Positions 48,192-58,141 of a DNA stretch of 64,000 nucleotides are shown here, piece after piece (position 1 is the first letter of the stretch; each line of letters begins with the position of its first letter). Position numbers and translations under genes: made by a program. The stretch covers positions 15,214 through 79,213 of IMG/VR virus record IMGVR_UViG_3300028394_000066. One strand, 5' to 3'. The notes beneath the pieces are model-generated. The model ran no database searches. It saw nothing but the letters and a program-made list of their open reading frames with translations, and was not told where the DNA came from. Origin of the DNA: a virus.

Positions 48192-49046
48192 ATGGTAGTA
48201 ATGAAATCGGACTTGAAAAAGTTCCTTGATGCAAAAGCAAAGCCTAGTCGTCTTCTTGGGGATATTGAACGACACCTCCAGAAGCGTCCCGTAGGAGACC
48301 GCTCAACTACTGTGCTTCACCCCTCGGAGATTATCAAGAAAGATTTCTGCCGACGAGGTTCGTACTTCCTGTTGAGTGGCCACACCAAGATTGCCGAGAA
48401 GCCTGCTCTTCGCCTACAGTCTATATTTGACGAGGGACACGCAATCCACGCCAAGTGGCAACGCTGGTTCCAAGAGATGGGCGTTCTTCACGGCAAGTTT
48501 TACTGTTCAGTTTGTGAGCACAGCACCTGGGGCACCTCTCCCGAGGCCTGTGAGAGCTGTGGGGCGCCTTGGACTAAGTTGACCTATGACGAGGTCACCC
48601 TTCACGATGACGCCCTGCGTATCAAGGGACACACCGACGGATGGATTAAAGGTATTGGTGACGATACTCTGATTGAAATCAAGTCAGTGGGTCCAGGCAC
48701 AATTCGTTCAGAATCTCCTGGCCTGTTTATGGATGCCGATGGAGATTTCATGAAAGCGTGGAGCAACGTACGACGACCTTTCTCGACGCACATTATGCAA
48801 GGGCAAATGTACTTGGAGCTTATGAAGCGCATGGGTCATCCTGTAAACGAGATTGTTTTCCTTTACGAACTTAAGGCCGACCAGTCCTACAAAGAGTTTT
48901 CCATTAAGGCAGACTTTGAGCTTGTTCGTCATATCTTTGATATGTGCGAAAAGGTAGTCGAATCCGTAGACGCAGGTGTTGCACCTGAATGTAACAATAA
49001 CCCTGGTGGTGCCTGCAAGCAGTGCGACCCGTACGAGGAGAGCTAA
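48192..49046 (+). CDS. Cas4-like PD-(D/E)XK exonuclease
   Basis: HPSE..C.R, G..IH, GHTDG...IEIKS, Q.Q.Y, terminal C..C..C. Confidence 0.8.
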   Translation: MVVMKSDLKKFLDAKAKPSRLLGDIERHLQKRPVGDRSTTVLHPSEIIKKDFCRRGSYFLLSGHTKIAEKPALRLQSIFDEGHAIHAKWQRWFQEMGVLHGKFYCSVCEHSTWGTSPEACESCGAPWTKLTYDEVTLHDDALRIKGHTDGWIKGIGDDTLIEIKSVGPGTIRSESPGLFMDADGDFMKAWSNVRRPFSTHIMQGQMYLELMKRMGHPVNEIVFLYELKADQSYKEFSIKADFELVRHIFDMCEKVVESVDAGVAPECNNNPGGACKQCDPYEES

Positions 49047-49504
49047 TGTCTGCAGTGCGCAAATTTGAAGGTTGGGGTCTTACATTCCAAAAACCTGAAG
49101 GAGACCAGGTCCACCTACCCCCAGACATTACTGCTGTATCGTCTGAGGAACTTGGAGAACTGTTTACTAAACTCACCGCTTGGACAGACTATATCGCCTC
49201 ACAGCTCACTATGGCCCAGTTAGAGGAACGTGCAGCTCTTAAGAAGAAAGAGTTTACAGAAAACACCATGCTGGTTCGTCGCATGGGAGCAACTGCCCGC
49301 GGTGAACGGGTAACCACAGTCAAGGCAGAAATTGCTGTTGATGATACAGTCGTGGAGCTTGACAACGACTACGAAGAGAAGTACGCTTATCGTAAGTTAG
49401 TAGAAATGCTTCTTACTAACCACGAACGTGACCTATCTCTTGTATCACGAGAAATTACACGACGCTCTAACGACTCACGAGCAATGCGAAAGGAATACTT
49501 CTAA
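49046..49504 (+). CDS. Helical hypothetical protein (possible recombination mediator)
   Basis: Coiled coil ending in SREITRR. Confidence 0.6.
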   Translation: MSAVRKFEGWGLTFQKPEGDQVHLPPDITAVSSEELGELFTKLTAWTDYIASQLTMAQLEERAALKKKEFTENTMLVRRMGATARGERVTTVKAEIAVDDTVVELDNDYEEKYAYRKLVEMLLTNHERDLSLVSREITRRSNDSRAMRKEYF

Positions 49505-49953
49505 TGGGATTTACTGAAGACGAGTTTTACCGCACCCCTATGGAAAAAGACGACAATACTTGGGTACACAAGTATCTTGACTATTCTGCCAAGGTAGACG
49601 AGGTAGGGCAGCCCATACCCCGTGGTCGACGAGGACTTCCAAAAGCACCCTGGAACACCATTGATGAATTTGAAATGGTTGCGGGGCAGTACTACTCAGA
49701 CCTTCTTAAGGTACTTGTAGACAAACAACGCGATTACGGCCCCAAGAACATCTCTTCCGCTCCTGGAGGGGCACTCAACGGGCTTCTTGTACGTATGAAC
49801 GACAAGATGCAGCGCCTAATCAACCTGACTTACGAAAATCAAGACGACCCCACTAACGAGTCCATTAAAGATTCTTACGCCGACCTTGCTAACTACTGCG
49901 TTATTGCAATGATGGTATTGGACAATAAGTGGGATGGAACTGGAAATGTCTAA
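49504..49953 (+). CDS. Nucleotide modification-associated domain 1 (DUF1599-like) protein
   Basis: KQRDYG..N, VRMNDK..RL.NL, ESI.DS..DLANY. Confidence 0.75.
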   Translation: MGFTEDEFYRTPMEKDDNTWVHKYLDYSAKVDEVGQPIPRGRRGLPKAPWNTIDEFEMVAGQYYSDLLKVLVDKQRDYGPKNISSAPGGALNGLLVRMNDKMQRLINLTYENQDDPTNESIKDSYADLANYCVIAMMVLDNKWDGTGNV

Positions 49954-50173
49954 TAACGAAAAGACTTGGGAAACAATTCAAGTAAACGCTGCAAAAGCCT
50001 GGGCAAACCTTGACATTGCAATTGAAATGATTGAGGAAAGCAAATCTGAACTTACTGACGAACAGTACGCCGAAATTCAAGCAAAGATTGGAGAGCAACA
50101 GAAGATGATTCAAGACCTTCTTCTTGAAGGTAAAGTTGCATATCTTGCCGCGGGCGGCAAAGATGAAGACTAG
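49946..50173 (+). CDS. Hypothetical protein
   Basis: Acidic helical 75 aa. Confidence 0.6.
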   Translation: MSNNEKTWETIQVNAAKAWANLDIAIEMIEESKSELTDEQYAEIQAKIGEQQKMIQDLLLEGKVAYLAAGGKDED

Positions 50174-50711
50174 CTACCGCCTTACCGCACAGGAAGAGGC
50201 CACGGCAGCACGAGTAGGCTGGGAACGCCAGCTCCCAATGCTTGGACAGCCAGAACGTAACCGTAACTACTCAGAAGGTGACATCTGGGAATCTTGGCAA
50301 CACATGATTTGTGCCGCATCTGAGATTGCTGCTGCCCGAATGCTTGGTATGGATGACTTTGAGCCCCATGCCAACACGTTTAAGAACGTGCTTGATATTC
50401 CTGGATACGAAGTACGCTACTCTTTTACCAAAGAATACGAGGATGGCCCTAAGTATTCTTTACGGTTTAAAGAAGGCGTTGATGACCCCAACCAGATTTA
50501 CATTCTTATTGTCGGTGGACCTGAACTAAAAGAACGCCGCTCAGCAGCAGACGGATACGCGACACCCCCATTCCGAGCAATTGGGTGGATGAAAGGGGCA
50601 GACATGGTACAGGAAGAGTACCGCGCACCGTACGGTAAAGGAAACTTCTCTGTTCCTGCTGGAGAACTCAAAGAGATGACAGCTCTTCCTGTCATGGAGG
50701 ATGTACACTGA
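50163..50711 (+). CDS. Hypothetical protein
   Basis: 182 aa overlapping neighbours. Confidence 0.6.
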   Translation: MKTSYRLTAQEEATAARVGWERQLPMLGQPERNRNYSEGDIWESWQHMICAASEIAAARMLGMDDFEPHANTFKNVLDIPGYEVRYSFTKEYEDGPKYSLRFKEGVDDPNQIYILIVGGPELKERRSAADGYATPPFRAIGWMKGADMVQEEYRAPYGKGNFSVPAGELKEMTALPVMEDVH

Positions 50712-51319
50712 TGACTAAGGAATTCGATGGAGGCCTTCGAAACGAACATCAAGTTTCCGTAGGCATTGACCAATCATTGACAGGGTTCGCTTTTTCAGCG
50801 GTCTCCGTCGAATACCCCACTGAGCACATTACCTGGGTGTTTAAGTCTACGTACTCTGGCATCCAGAGACTCGATGACATACAGAATTTTATGTACGAAA
50901 AGTTTACGTGGTTAAAAGACAGAGGCAATACCATTGTAGATATTGCAATGGAGTCCCCCTTTATGGGCGCTCCGTCTACGTTGGTTCTTGCGGAACTTGC
51001 TGCAGCCGTAAAACTATTCCTTTATGACCACTTTAATGGCACTAACAATTACGCTGAAGCAGCAGACCCTACCTTAAGAACCCCCCTAGTTGTTCCGCCC
51101 ATGACTCTAAAGAAGTACGCTACTGGTAAAGGAACCTCCAAGAAACAGGAGATGCTCCTACAGATTTACAAGCGTTGGGGCGTAGAGTTCAACGATGATA
51201 ACGCTGCAGACGCCTATGCTCTGGCAAGGTTAGCTGGAAGCCACTCAATTGACGGCGTAGAAAAGGCCGTTGTAGCCCAAATAAAAGATATTAAATACCG
51301 CGATTACATAGCTCAATAG
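50711..51319 (+). CDS. RuvC-like resolvase
   Basis: GIDQSLTG, AMES, TLKKYATGKG..K, DNAADA. Confidence 0.82.
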   Translation: MTKEFDGGLRNEHQVSVGIDQSLTGFAFSAVSVEYPTEHITWVFKSTYSGIQRLDDIQNFMYEKFTWLKDRGNTIVDIAMESPFMGAPSTLVLAELAAAVKLFLYDHFNGTNNYAEAADPTLRTPLVVPPMTLKKYATGKGTSKKQEMLLQIYKRWGVEFNDDNAADAYALARLAGSHSIDGVEKAVVAQIKDIKYRDYIAQ

Positions 51320-51372
51320 CGGTATCCTTGTTGTTAGGGATGGCATAACCTCACAACAAAGGACCACAAATA

Positions 51373-51669
51373 GTGAACGAAGAAGACATCGTTCTGCCAT
51401 CTACCGAAGAACCCTTTCTCCGCGTTTCGGCAGGCTCAAACCCACAATCAGTAGCATCCGCTATCGCTCATGCAATCTACGAAAACAAAGCTGTAAAGCT
51501 TCGTGCAGTAGGCGCTGGAGCGGTAAACCAGGCAGTTAAAGCTATGGCAATTGCAAGAGGATACGTCGCCCCTAGAGGCCTCGACCTTACGTGTAAGCCA
51601 GGCTTTACCACAATTGAGAGCCGCGACGGCGAGATTTCTGCAATTGTGTTTGCCATTACCGCAATCTAA
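51373..51669 (+). CDS. spoVS: SpoVS family protein (Alba-like fold)
   Basis: LRVSAGSNPQSVASAIA...AVGAGAVNQAVKA.AIARGYVAP.G.DL...P.F. Confidence 0.9.
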   Translation: MNEEDIVLPSTEEPFLRVSAGSNPQSVASAIAHAIYENKAVKLRAVGAGAVNQAVKAMAIARGYVAPRGLDLTCKPGFTTIESRDGEISAIVFAITAI

Positions 51670-51706
51670 AAATAGCTTATTCTAGATATAAGCGAAGGAG
51701 TCAATC

Positions 51707-52168
51707 ATGGCAACTCAGTACAGCATGGGACACGGTATGCGTCGGCGTAACGGAACCCCCTCAAACTCTTTGGAAGCAGCAGGTACCAGCATGGCACGTA
51801 GCCACATGACATCAGACGAGCACCACGAAGCCGCATCGGCTGCGGGAAGTCACCGCATTGCTATTGGCAATGCAGACCCCATGCCATCGTACGGTATGGA
51901 CCAGATGGACGAGCTTACCCGCGGACAATACGCAGGAACACTCATCCCTAAGAAAAGCACTCAGGCAGCTGACCCCACCAACCCTGGTTCAAAGGCAAAC
52001 CGCGTAAACATTGAGCGCATTGGAGCAACTTACCGCGTGCAGCCCAAGTCGACGTTCGTTCAGCTTGACCCTTCGGCTGGTCCGACGATGGCTAACGCCC
52101 GTATCGTTCCCAGCATCCAGGGCCGCGAAAACCCGAACTTCGAAAACGGTATGCAGGCTTCTTACTAA
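51707..52168 (+). CDS. Hypothetical protein
   Basis: RBS GAAGGAG; biased codons. Confidence 0.7.
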   Translation: MATQYSMGHGMRRRNGTPSNSLEAAGTSMARSHMTSDEHHEAASAAGSHRIAIGNADPMPSYGMDQMDELTRGQYAGTLIPKKSTQAADPTNPGSKANRVNIERIGATYRVQPKSTFVQLDPSAGPTMANARIVPSIQGRENPNFENGMQASY

Positions 52169-52175
52169 GGGCATA

Positions 52176-52421
52176 ATGGCCGATTTAAGCCAAATGCAAT
52201 GGAACCCACAGGGACCCCCTGGTGGGTTTCAAAGTGACGCAGGAATTCCTAGCGCAAATAAACCTAGAGTATCTTCTCCTCGTCCTGTAAACGCGCAGAA
52301 TATGAGCGGCAGTGTCTCTAATAGAAACTTTGATAAGATGTACGCCAAAGACTACAACGACTCTACTGTTCCTCAACCTCTGGCCGCCGACAATGCTGGT
52401 TCCAGCACCTATAGAGGATAA
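52176..52421 (+). CDS. Hypothetical protein
   Basis: 81 aa, low complexity. Confidence 0.55.
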   Translation: MADLSQMQWNPQGPPGGFQSDAGIPSANKPRVSSPRPVNAQNMSGSVSNRNFDKMYAKDYNDSTVPQPLAADNAGSSTYRG

Positions 52422-52423
52422 TA

Positions 52424-52645
52424 ATGGAAAATCGTTATGGAGTAAAAAACCCCAATAAGAGGGTTATTCAGTCATTGCATGAGTCTCCCACATACCACAG
52501 AGTATACGCTAGCCAGGTAGGCGCTCAAAAAACTCAAGACAGATTGTTTCTTATGAACCCATCTGACCTTGCAGGAGAACGGGGTATGACCACCCCTGGC
52601 GGAGGCTCATTGAGCAAGCAACTTTTTGGATTTGGTCAAAACTAA
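52424..52645 (+). CDS. Hypothetical protein
   Basis: 73 aa, RBS GAGGA. Confidence 0.55.
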   Translation: MENRYGVKNPNKRVIQSLHESPTYHRVYASQVGAQKTQDRLFLMNPSDLAGERGMTTPGGGSLSKQLFGFGQN

Positions 52646-53178
52646 TGGCTGGTCCAGTCAACAACATGTCTCCTCAGCAGAACTGGCAATCTCTGGGTGG
52701 CGGTGGCTTAAACGGGTACAACAACCAGGGTGGTTTTGGAGGCCCAGTTGCTCGTGGAGACCTCGATGCAATTCGTATTGGTACAGGACGTGTTCCCCAA
52801 GCCGAGTATCCTGATGGTTACCTGGGAACTATTCGTTCTCGTCGTGATGACCGTCTCCTTGACTCCATTAAGAGCCGTGTAGGACAGAAGGAATACCAGC
52901 GCGGCGTTCACAAAGGTGAGCGCATCGAGCCCTCGGCATACTTTTGGTCGCCTGATTTCAATGCAGACTCTGGCATCAAGCGACAGATGAAGGCAAAGCA
53001 AGTAAACATCAATGGAGTAAACGTGTGGCGTATGCCCCGTTATGGAATTGACACGCGCCTTGTTCCCGCGCCGCACCTTGTAAACGACGGCAAATCAAAC
53101 ATGCGCTCAGATGCACCAGGAACAATTAATGTCCAGCGTGCAAACCAGCTTAGTTACTTAAGGTCTCCGTATAAATAA
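52645..53178 (+). CDS. Hypothetical protein
   Basis: PQAEYPDGYLGTIRSRRDDRL...YQRGVHKGERI; TAATG coupled. Confidence 0.7.
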   Translation: MAGPVNNMSPQQNWQSLGGGGLNGYNNQGGFGGPVARGDLDAIRIGTGRVPQAEYPDGYLGTIRSRRDDRLLDSIKSRVGQKEYQRGVHKGERIEPSAYFWSPDFNADSGIKRQMKAKQVNINGVNVWRMPRYGIDTRLVPAPHLVNDGKSNMRSDAPGTINVQRANQLSYLRSPYK

Positions 53179-53540
53179 TGTCGCAATTTGACGGACAGTA
53201 CGACTACACTAAGCCCTGGCAAGACCAGCGCATAGTGGCTCCTTCTGGTAATCCCAGATGGACTTATAGCGGACCCTGGTCGTCAAATGAAGAACGACTA
53301 ACGCAGCAAGCATTGGCCGTAGCCACCATACCTGGTGTAGAACTGGCAATGCTTGTGCGCCCCAATCTTCCCCAAATCAGATTATTTCCCCCCAGATTTG
53401 GATACGGTGACCGTACTCAACCAGAAATTGATGACGTTGTCAGCGTTGATAGAAACTATGTAGAACCTCGAGTTTCCTGGTATTCTGGAGGAGTCGGTAG
53501 CTACAGCGGTAGCAGCCGTAACGAATTAGGAGCTAACTAA
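53178..53540 (+). CDS. Hypothetical protein
   Basis: 120 aa, TAATG coupled. Confidence 0.65.
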   Translation: MSQFDGQYDYTKPWQDQRIVAPSGNPRWTYSGPWSSNEERLTQQALAVATIPGVELAMLVRPNLPQIRLFPPRFGYGDRTQPEIDDVVSVDRNYVEPRVSWYSGGVGSYSGSSRNELGAN

Positions 53541-56086
53541 TGGCCAGTAAGAACGACGCGTTTGGAGCAGCCCGTGGAGGCGCTGGTTCAGACCCCAGAC
53601 TTTCGACTGTACTATCCTCAGGACAAACCCTAGGTGACGCACTTAGCGGCGGAGTGTCAGATAGACCTGAGCACTTTAGTTCAGAGCACCGCGCTGTACG
53701 TCAGCACCTTATGTCTCTTGGCCCTCAGAATGACAACGCTCCCATTAAAGTTGCTGGTGGAAAAATGGCTTCTCCTGGAGGAATGCCCCTTCCGTCTGAC
53801 ACGTCCCACCCCGCGTGGAAAGGTGTAAGTGGTTACACGGGGACACCCAAGACGGAAACTGCTTTTGCAAAAAAGTCGGCAGACGAAGCCGAGGCAAAAA
53901 GAAAAGCCGATGAAGACTCTAGAGCATCAGTTGAGGCTGAACGTGCTGCAAATCTTGAAGCTATAGATACACAACTTACGAGAAGCTCTAAGCCTCCTCG
54001 TAACCCCACAAACGACCCTTTCAAGCCCACAAGAAGAGCCTTAAACATTAAGCCGCTTTCAAAAAGAAAGCCCAAGGCTGGCAAGCCACAGACAGTTGTG
54101 TCTGCCGTAGGCACCGCAGGTAAAAAAGAAGTTAAAGAAACCACTCTTGGCGATGGTGCAAGAGTATTTGACGGGCTTAAAGGACCTGTAAAAGAAACCC
54201 TACCCGACCCCGCAAAAACTCCTGGAACTCCCGAGTTTAAAGCAGCAGCCGAACGTCGAAAAAATCTTGAAGACACAATTACGGGACTCAAGACAGGCGC
54301 AGTTGAATCGATAGGTGACCGAGGCCCGTCCATTCAAGAAGACCCTAATATTATTAAGGGAACTGCCGCGGGAGGAAAAGGCCCACTTGTAAAGGGAGTG
54401 ACCCTTATTCCCGATGGAACTGGCGGGTTTGCTCTCCCTCACAAAGAAATTGACCCATATACTGGGGAACAACGAAGACTTACAGATTCTCAAAAAGCAG
54501 AAAATGACCGTCACGCCGACGCCATTCGCGATTTTGAAACTAGGCGCAGTCAAAGTGACTCCGACCGCGAACACATCGGTAGCGGGTTTGATGCTGCTAT
54601 TACTGACGAAAAGCACAAGCACGAGATTGCTAAGCGCATTGCTCAACTTTCTGCCGTAAAGGGAGCAATGTCTCCTGCAAGAGAAGGCGACGCTCCTAGA
54701 GACTTTATGCGACCGCGGCCAACAGAGCTTGCCGTTTCAATGCGCGAACACCTGAATATCTTAAAGTCGCACGCAAATACGGCAACAGGAAACGCAGGAA
54801 GAATTGGGTTTGCAAATACCCATCTTAAGAACGCGCAAGATAGCTTAGACGCTTTTGATACCTATACTTCAAACCGTGCCCGTGGAGGACACGAGCACCT
54901 TGTTGCAGCAGCAACCAGCCTTGGTAGAGCAAATGACACGCTTAACAACTTGGGTACAAACCGTGACACTGGAGAAATTCAACAGGGAACAACATCTATT
55001 CCTGCCTCAAAGTTTCTTGAACATCACCTTATTGCATCCAGTATTCACGGATTTCACAGCCCTAAAGCACAAGGAACCGCGGGAAGCTACGACCTTACAG
55101 GAACCCTCAAAGACGGACGCACAGCAAAAGTTACAGTTAATCCTGGAACTAGTGGAGCTCTACAAGTTGCAAATAACATCGAGCAAATGCAGCGAGAAGG
55201 TAGAATTACAGGAATTCTTAAGGAGCAACTTGACCAAATGCGGGGTCTAGTTAAAACCTCCAAGACGCCTGAATCTGAGTTTAAGCGTGCACAAAATCAA
55301 CAGCAAGCGTCTATTTTGGGAGACCATTACAAGACTCTTCTTGACCACATGGTTACTTCTTCTCAGAAAACACAAACAGTTCTAACCCCTGGCGGAGACC
55401 GAATCTCTGAAGAACGTCCCGTAACTATTAGCGGAGAAGCAGCAAAGCACCACACTAACGCTAAAATGCACCTTCAAGCCGCAAACAGCTCACTTTACTC
55501 CTTCTCGCAAAGCAAGGGTTTAGGAGATAATAAAGCGATTGAAAGCGCCCACAACTCGCTTCTTGCAGCCCATGCAGAGCTAAGTCACCCCAGCCTTTCA
55601 GACCACATTGGTGTACTGCCAATTAGTGCAGAAAAAATGACTGAAAGCTACATGGCGCCTAGAGAAAACCTGACCCTTCCTACAGTTGACCGTGGAAGCG
55701 GCGGTCGTAATAGCGGCGAACTTATGGCGGGAACAAGCACACCTGCTAACGTTCGTGAAGGAGACCAACCTCAAGGAAACATGGAAACTCCCCGACTTGA
55801 AGTACGCAGCGGCGGAGGAATTTCTGTACCAGAAATCATGAAGCCTGTAGGTAAAGGCCGAGGAGTTGAAGGGCCCGAAAAGGAAGACCCAAAACTCGTC
55901 GAACTTAGGGAAGGCCTTAGAGGAGCTATTAAAAAGGGCGATTCAGGTCGCGCCAAGACGTTTAAAGACGCATTAATGGCCCACAAACTGGTCGGGGAAT
56001 ACCGAGAAGCTGGTGCCAAGCCACTTTCTGATGAAGATTACATCCTCTCAGACGAGCTAGAGGGACCTGAAAAGGCAGGTAAGTAA
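53540..56086 (+). CDS. Large low-complexity protein with His-rich helical segments
   Basis: 848 aa; no Cys; mostly disordered-looking. Confidence 0.75.
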   Translation: MASKNDAFGAARGGAGSDPRLSTVLSSGQTLGDALSGGVSDRPEHFSSEHRAVRQHLMSLGPQNDNAPIKVAGGKMASPGGMPLPSDTSHPAWKGVSGYTGTPKTETAFAKKSADEAEAKRKADEDSRASVEAERAANLEAIDTQLTRSSKPPRNPTNDPFKPTRRALNIKPLSKRKPKAGKPQTVVSAVGTAGKKEVKETTLGDGARVFDGLKGPVKETLPDPAKTPGTPEFKAAAERRKNLEDTITGLKTGAVESIGDRGPSIQEDPNIIKGTAAGGKGPLVKGVTLIPDGTGGFALPHKEIDPYTGEQRRLTDSQKAENDRHADAIRDFETRRSQSDSDREHIGSGFDAAITDEKHKHEIAKRIAQLSAVKGAMSPAREGDAPRDFMRPRPTELAVSMREHLNILKSHANTATGNAGRIGFANTHLKNAQDSLDAFDTYTSNRARGGHEHLVAAATSLGRANDTLNNLGTNRDTGEIQQGTTSIPASKFLEHHLIASSIHGFHSPKAQGTAGSYDLTGTLKDGRTAKVTVNPGTSGALQVANNIEQMQREGRITGILKEQLDQMRGLVKTSKTPESEFKRAQNQQQASILGDHYKTLLDHMVTSSQKTQTVLTPGGDRISEERPVTISGEAAKHHTNAKMHLQAANSSLYSFSQSKGLGDNKAIESAHNSLLAAHAELSHPSLSDHIGVLPISAEKMTESYMAPRENLTLPTVDRGSGGRNSGELMAGTSTPANVREGDQPQGNMETPRLEVRSGGGISVPEIMKPVGKGRGVEGPEKEDPKLVELREGLRGAIKKGDSGRAKTFKDALMAHKLVGEYREAGAKPLSDEDYILSDELEGPEKAGK

Positions 56087-57288
56087 TGGTAGCCCGCGCG
56101 AACGCTAGGGCTAAAGCGGCAAAAACGGCAGAAAGAATTGCCGAAAAAGAGGCCGCCCCCCCTACACCCGCCCCCACTCCAAAGATTCCTAAAGAAGAAC
56201 GCCCCGCAAGAGATAGGGCTAAAGCAGTTGAGTCTTTTGCAAATAAACTTAAGACGGGTAATCTTGAAGATGAAATGACGGTTGACCCTGACTGGGAACA
56301 AAGAGACCATCAAGTTCTCGCAAGTAAAATCAACCCCATTTCTCCTACAGACCACCACGCTCACTTTTTAAACGCTGTTGTACGTGAGCTTCAAGATAGG
56401 GTCTGGACTAAATCTCAGCCGCTTCCTGATGACCCTAACGAAGACCCCATCCCCATTGGATGGTCCGATAAAGGAAAGCGCTCTCCTTATGAAGGCGCAA
56501 ATAAGTTTCTTCGTCAAGCATCTGACGCAATTGAAGACCATTATTCTGGGCATGCTAATAATCAACCTTTAACTGCGCTCCATCACCTTGTAAAAGCAGC
56601 CGACAACATCCAAAACGCCCACGAAGAAATCCGTAGAGTAGATAAAAAGCAAGGCGGGTTCAGTGTTTTAGCGGACTCTGCCAGGTTTAATGTTGAGCCT
56701 GCTGGAAATGAGCGCGGCCTGTGGAGTACCCCAATTCAAAAAAACTCGTCAGGCCTATCTATTCACGATAGACTTTCTACAGTAGTTAACTCCTATAAAG
56801 ATATCGTTAAGGGAAAAACTACCGACCCTAATATTCTGAGTAATATTAACCAGATTACTAGAAGTTATGCTCCTGGACAACAAATGAACGCGTCTGAACG
56901 CTACGATTTTGCTGGTAAGAGTGATGAGGAAATGGTCAGTGATATGCGCGACCGTAATCGCGGAAGAACTAAGCCCAAAAATGGCCCAGCCCCCACACTC
57001 CCTAGACCCGTATCTTCTTTTCTAGAATCCAAAACAGACGACATTGCTGAAGATGACGCAACTAAAGCTGAGATGGCTACAAAAGAGTTTCAACCCCCAG
57101 CCAGCGCAATTCGCGCAACAAAGACACCCTCGGAGAAACAAGTAGAAAACTATGAGCCTCTCGACTTTGATGAGTCAGACGAAGAGCGCCAAGCTAGATA
57201 TAGTTCAACTGATGTAACCAAAATTGCTAAAAGTCGTGCAAAAGATTTAGGTCTGCATTTTGATAACGGACGAAACGCGGGTATCTGA
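56086..57288 (+). CDS. Hypothetical protein with His-rich helical segment
   Basis: 400 aa, TAATG coupled. Confidence 0.7.
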   Translation: MVARANARAKAAKTAERIAEKEAAPPTPAPTPKIPKEERPARDRAKAVESFANKLKTGNLEDEMTVDPDWEQRDHQVLASKINPISPTDHHAHFLNAVVRELQDRVWTKSQPLPDDPNEDPIPIGWSDKGKRSPYEGANKFLRQASDAIEDHYSGHANNQPLTALHHLVKAADNIQNAHEEIRRVDKKQGGFSVLADSARFNVEPAGNERGLWSTPIQKNSSGLSIHDRLSTVVNSYKDIVKGKTTDPNILSNINQITRSYAPGQQMNASERYDFAGKSDEEMVSDMRDRNRGRTKPKNGPAPTLPRPVSSFLESKTDDIAEDDATKAEMATKEFQPPASAIRATKTPSEKQVENYEPLDFDESDEERQARYSSTDVTKIAKSRAKDLGLHFDNGRNAGI

Positions 57289-57485
57289 TGCTTGATGGTG
57301 ATGGAGCAGAAATGCTGGAACTCCAGGCATACAAGATTGCGCAGAACTCAATCCTGTACCCTGGAAAATCTCCATGCCCTGCGTGCGGAATTGTAATGAG
57401 TCCCGTACAGTACATGTACGGTCTCCTTTGTCCTGAATGTAAGGAAAAGAAAGCCGCAGCTCGAGTTGCCAGGAGGATGGCGTGA
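57288..57485 (+). CDS. Small Zn-finger protein
   Basis: CPACG...CPEC. Confidence 0.7.
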   Translation: MLDGDGAEMLELQAYKIAQNSILYPGKSPCPACGIVMSPVQYMYGLLCPECKEKKAAARVARRMA

Positions 57486-57871
57486 GTAAGTACATGCACG
57501 TGTTTGAGCTAAAGGACATTGCAAACAACATAAAGGAAGTCGCTACTAGTTCCTTATGGGGCCAGCAAGACGTTATTAAGGTCCACAAGCGCGCCGATGA
57601 GGCAATTGGTCACCTGGACCAGGTAACAAGTAACATGCGTGACCTAGATGCAGAGCCCGACGCGCGTAAAAGAGCAAGTAAAGTTGCCGCTATTAGCGGA
57701 CACCTGGCCGCAGCCGCAGGACATATTACTGATACACACCGTATTGTTAGTGGTATTATGGGACAAGATACTCCAGCAGATGTTTTGCAGGTAGCACATT
57801 TGGGCGAGGCTCACACTTTGCACGACAATATCATGCAAGAACTTAACGAAGGATTGAAAAATGGCAGTTAA
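57482..57871 (+). CDS. His-rich helical protein
   Basis: HKRADEAIGHL...HLAAAAGHITDTH. Confidence 0.65.
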   Translation: MSKYMHVFELKDIANNIKEVATSSLWGQQDVIKVHKRADEAIGHLDQVTSNMRDLDAEPDARKRASKVAAISGHLAAAAGHITDTHRIVSGIMGQDTPADVLQVAHLGEAHTLHDNIMQELNEGLKNGS

Positions 57872-58073
57872 CACAAGCCGCTCAATGAACGACGGACTCA
57901 ACGAAGGCGCAACTGACGGTAAATACCGCAAGGCACGCCCCGACACTGAGGTTGGCGACGTCATGGGTCACGAAAAGACCATGGAAAACCGCCAGTTGCT
58001 GCACCCATTCTTTGGATACGGGTTCTCAACGTCGGAAGCTCCGTCCGAATCACGCGTTAATCCTGGCAAGTAA
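57861..58073 (+). CDS. Hypothetical protein
   Basis: MAVNTSRSMNDGLNEGATDGKY. Confidence 0.65.
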   Translation: MAVNTSRSMNDGLNEGATDGKYRKARPDTEVGDVMGHEKTMENRQLLHPFFGYGFSTSEAPSESRVNPGK

Positions 58074-58141
58074 CCTAGCGGCCCTTGTATTAGGGGTCTA
58101 AACACGGTATAGTAATTCGTAGTATTCATAAGGAGCATACA

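Noticed and set aside
48192-49046. Cas4-like gene as evidence of CRISPR-Cas
   Set aside because: Solo Cas4-like nucleases are common in phage recombination modules; no array or other cas genes
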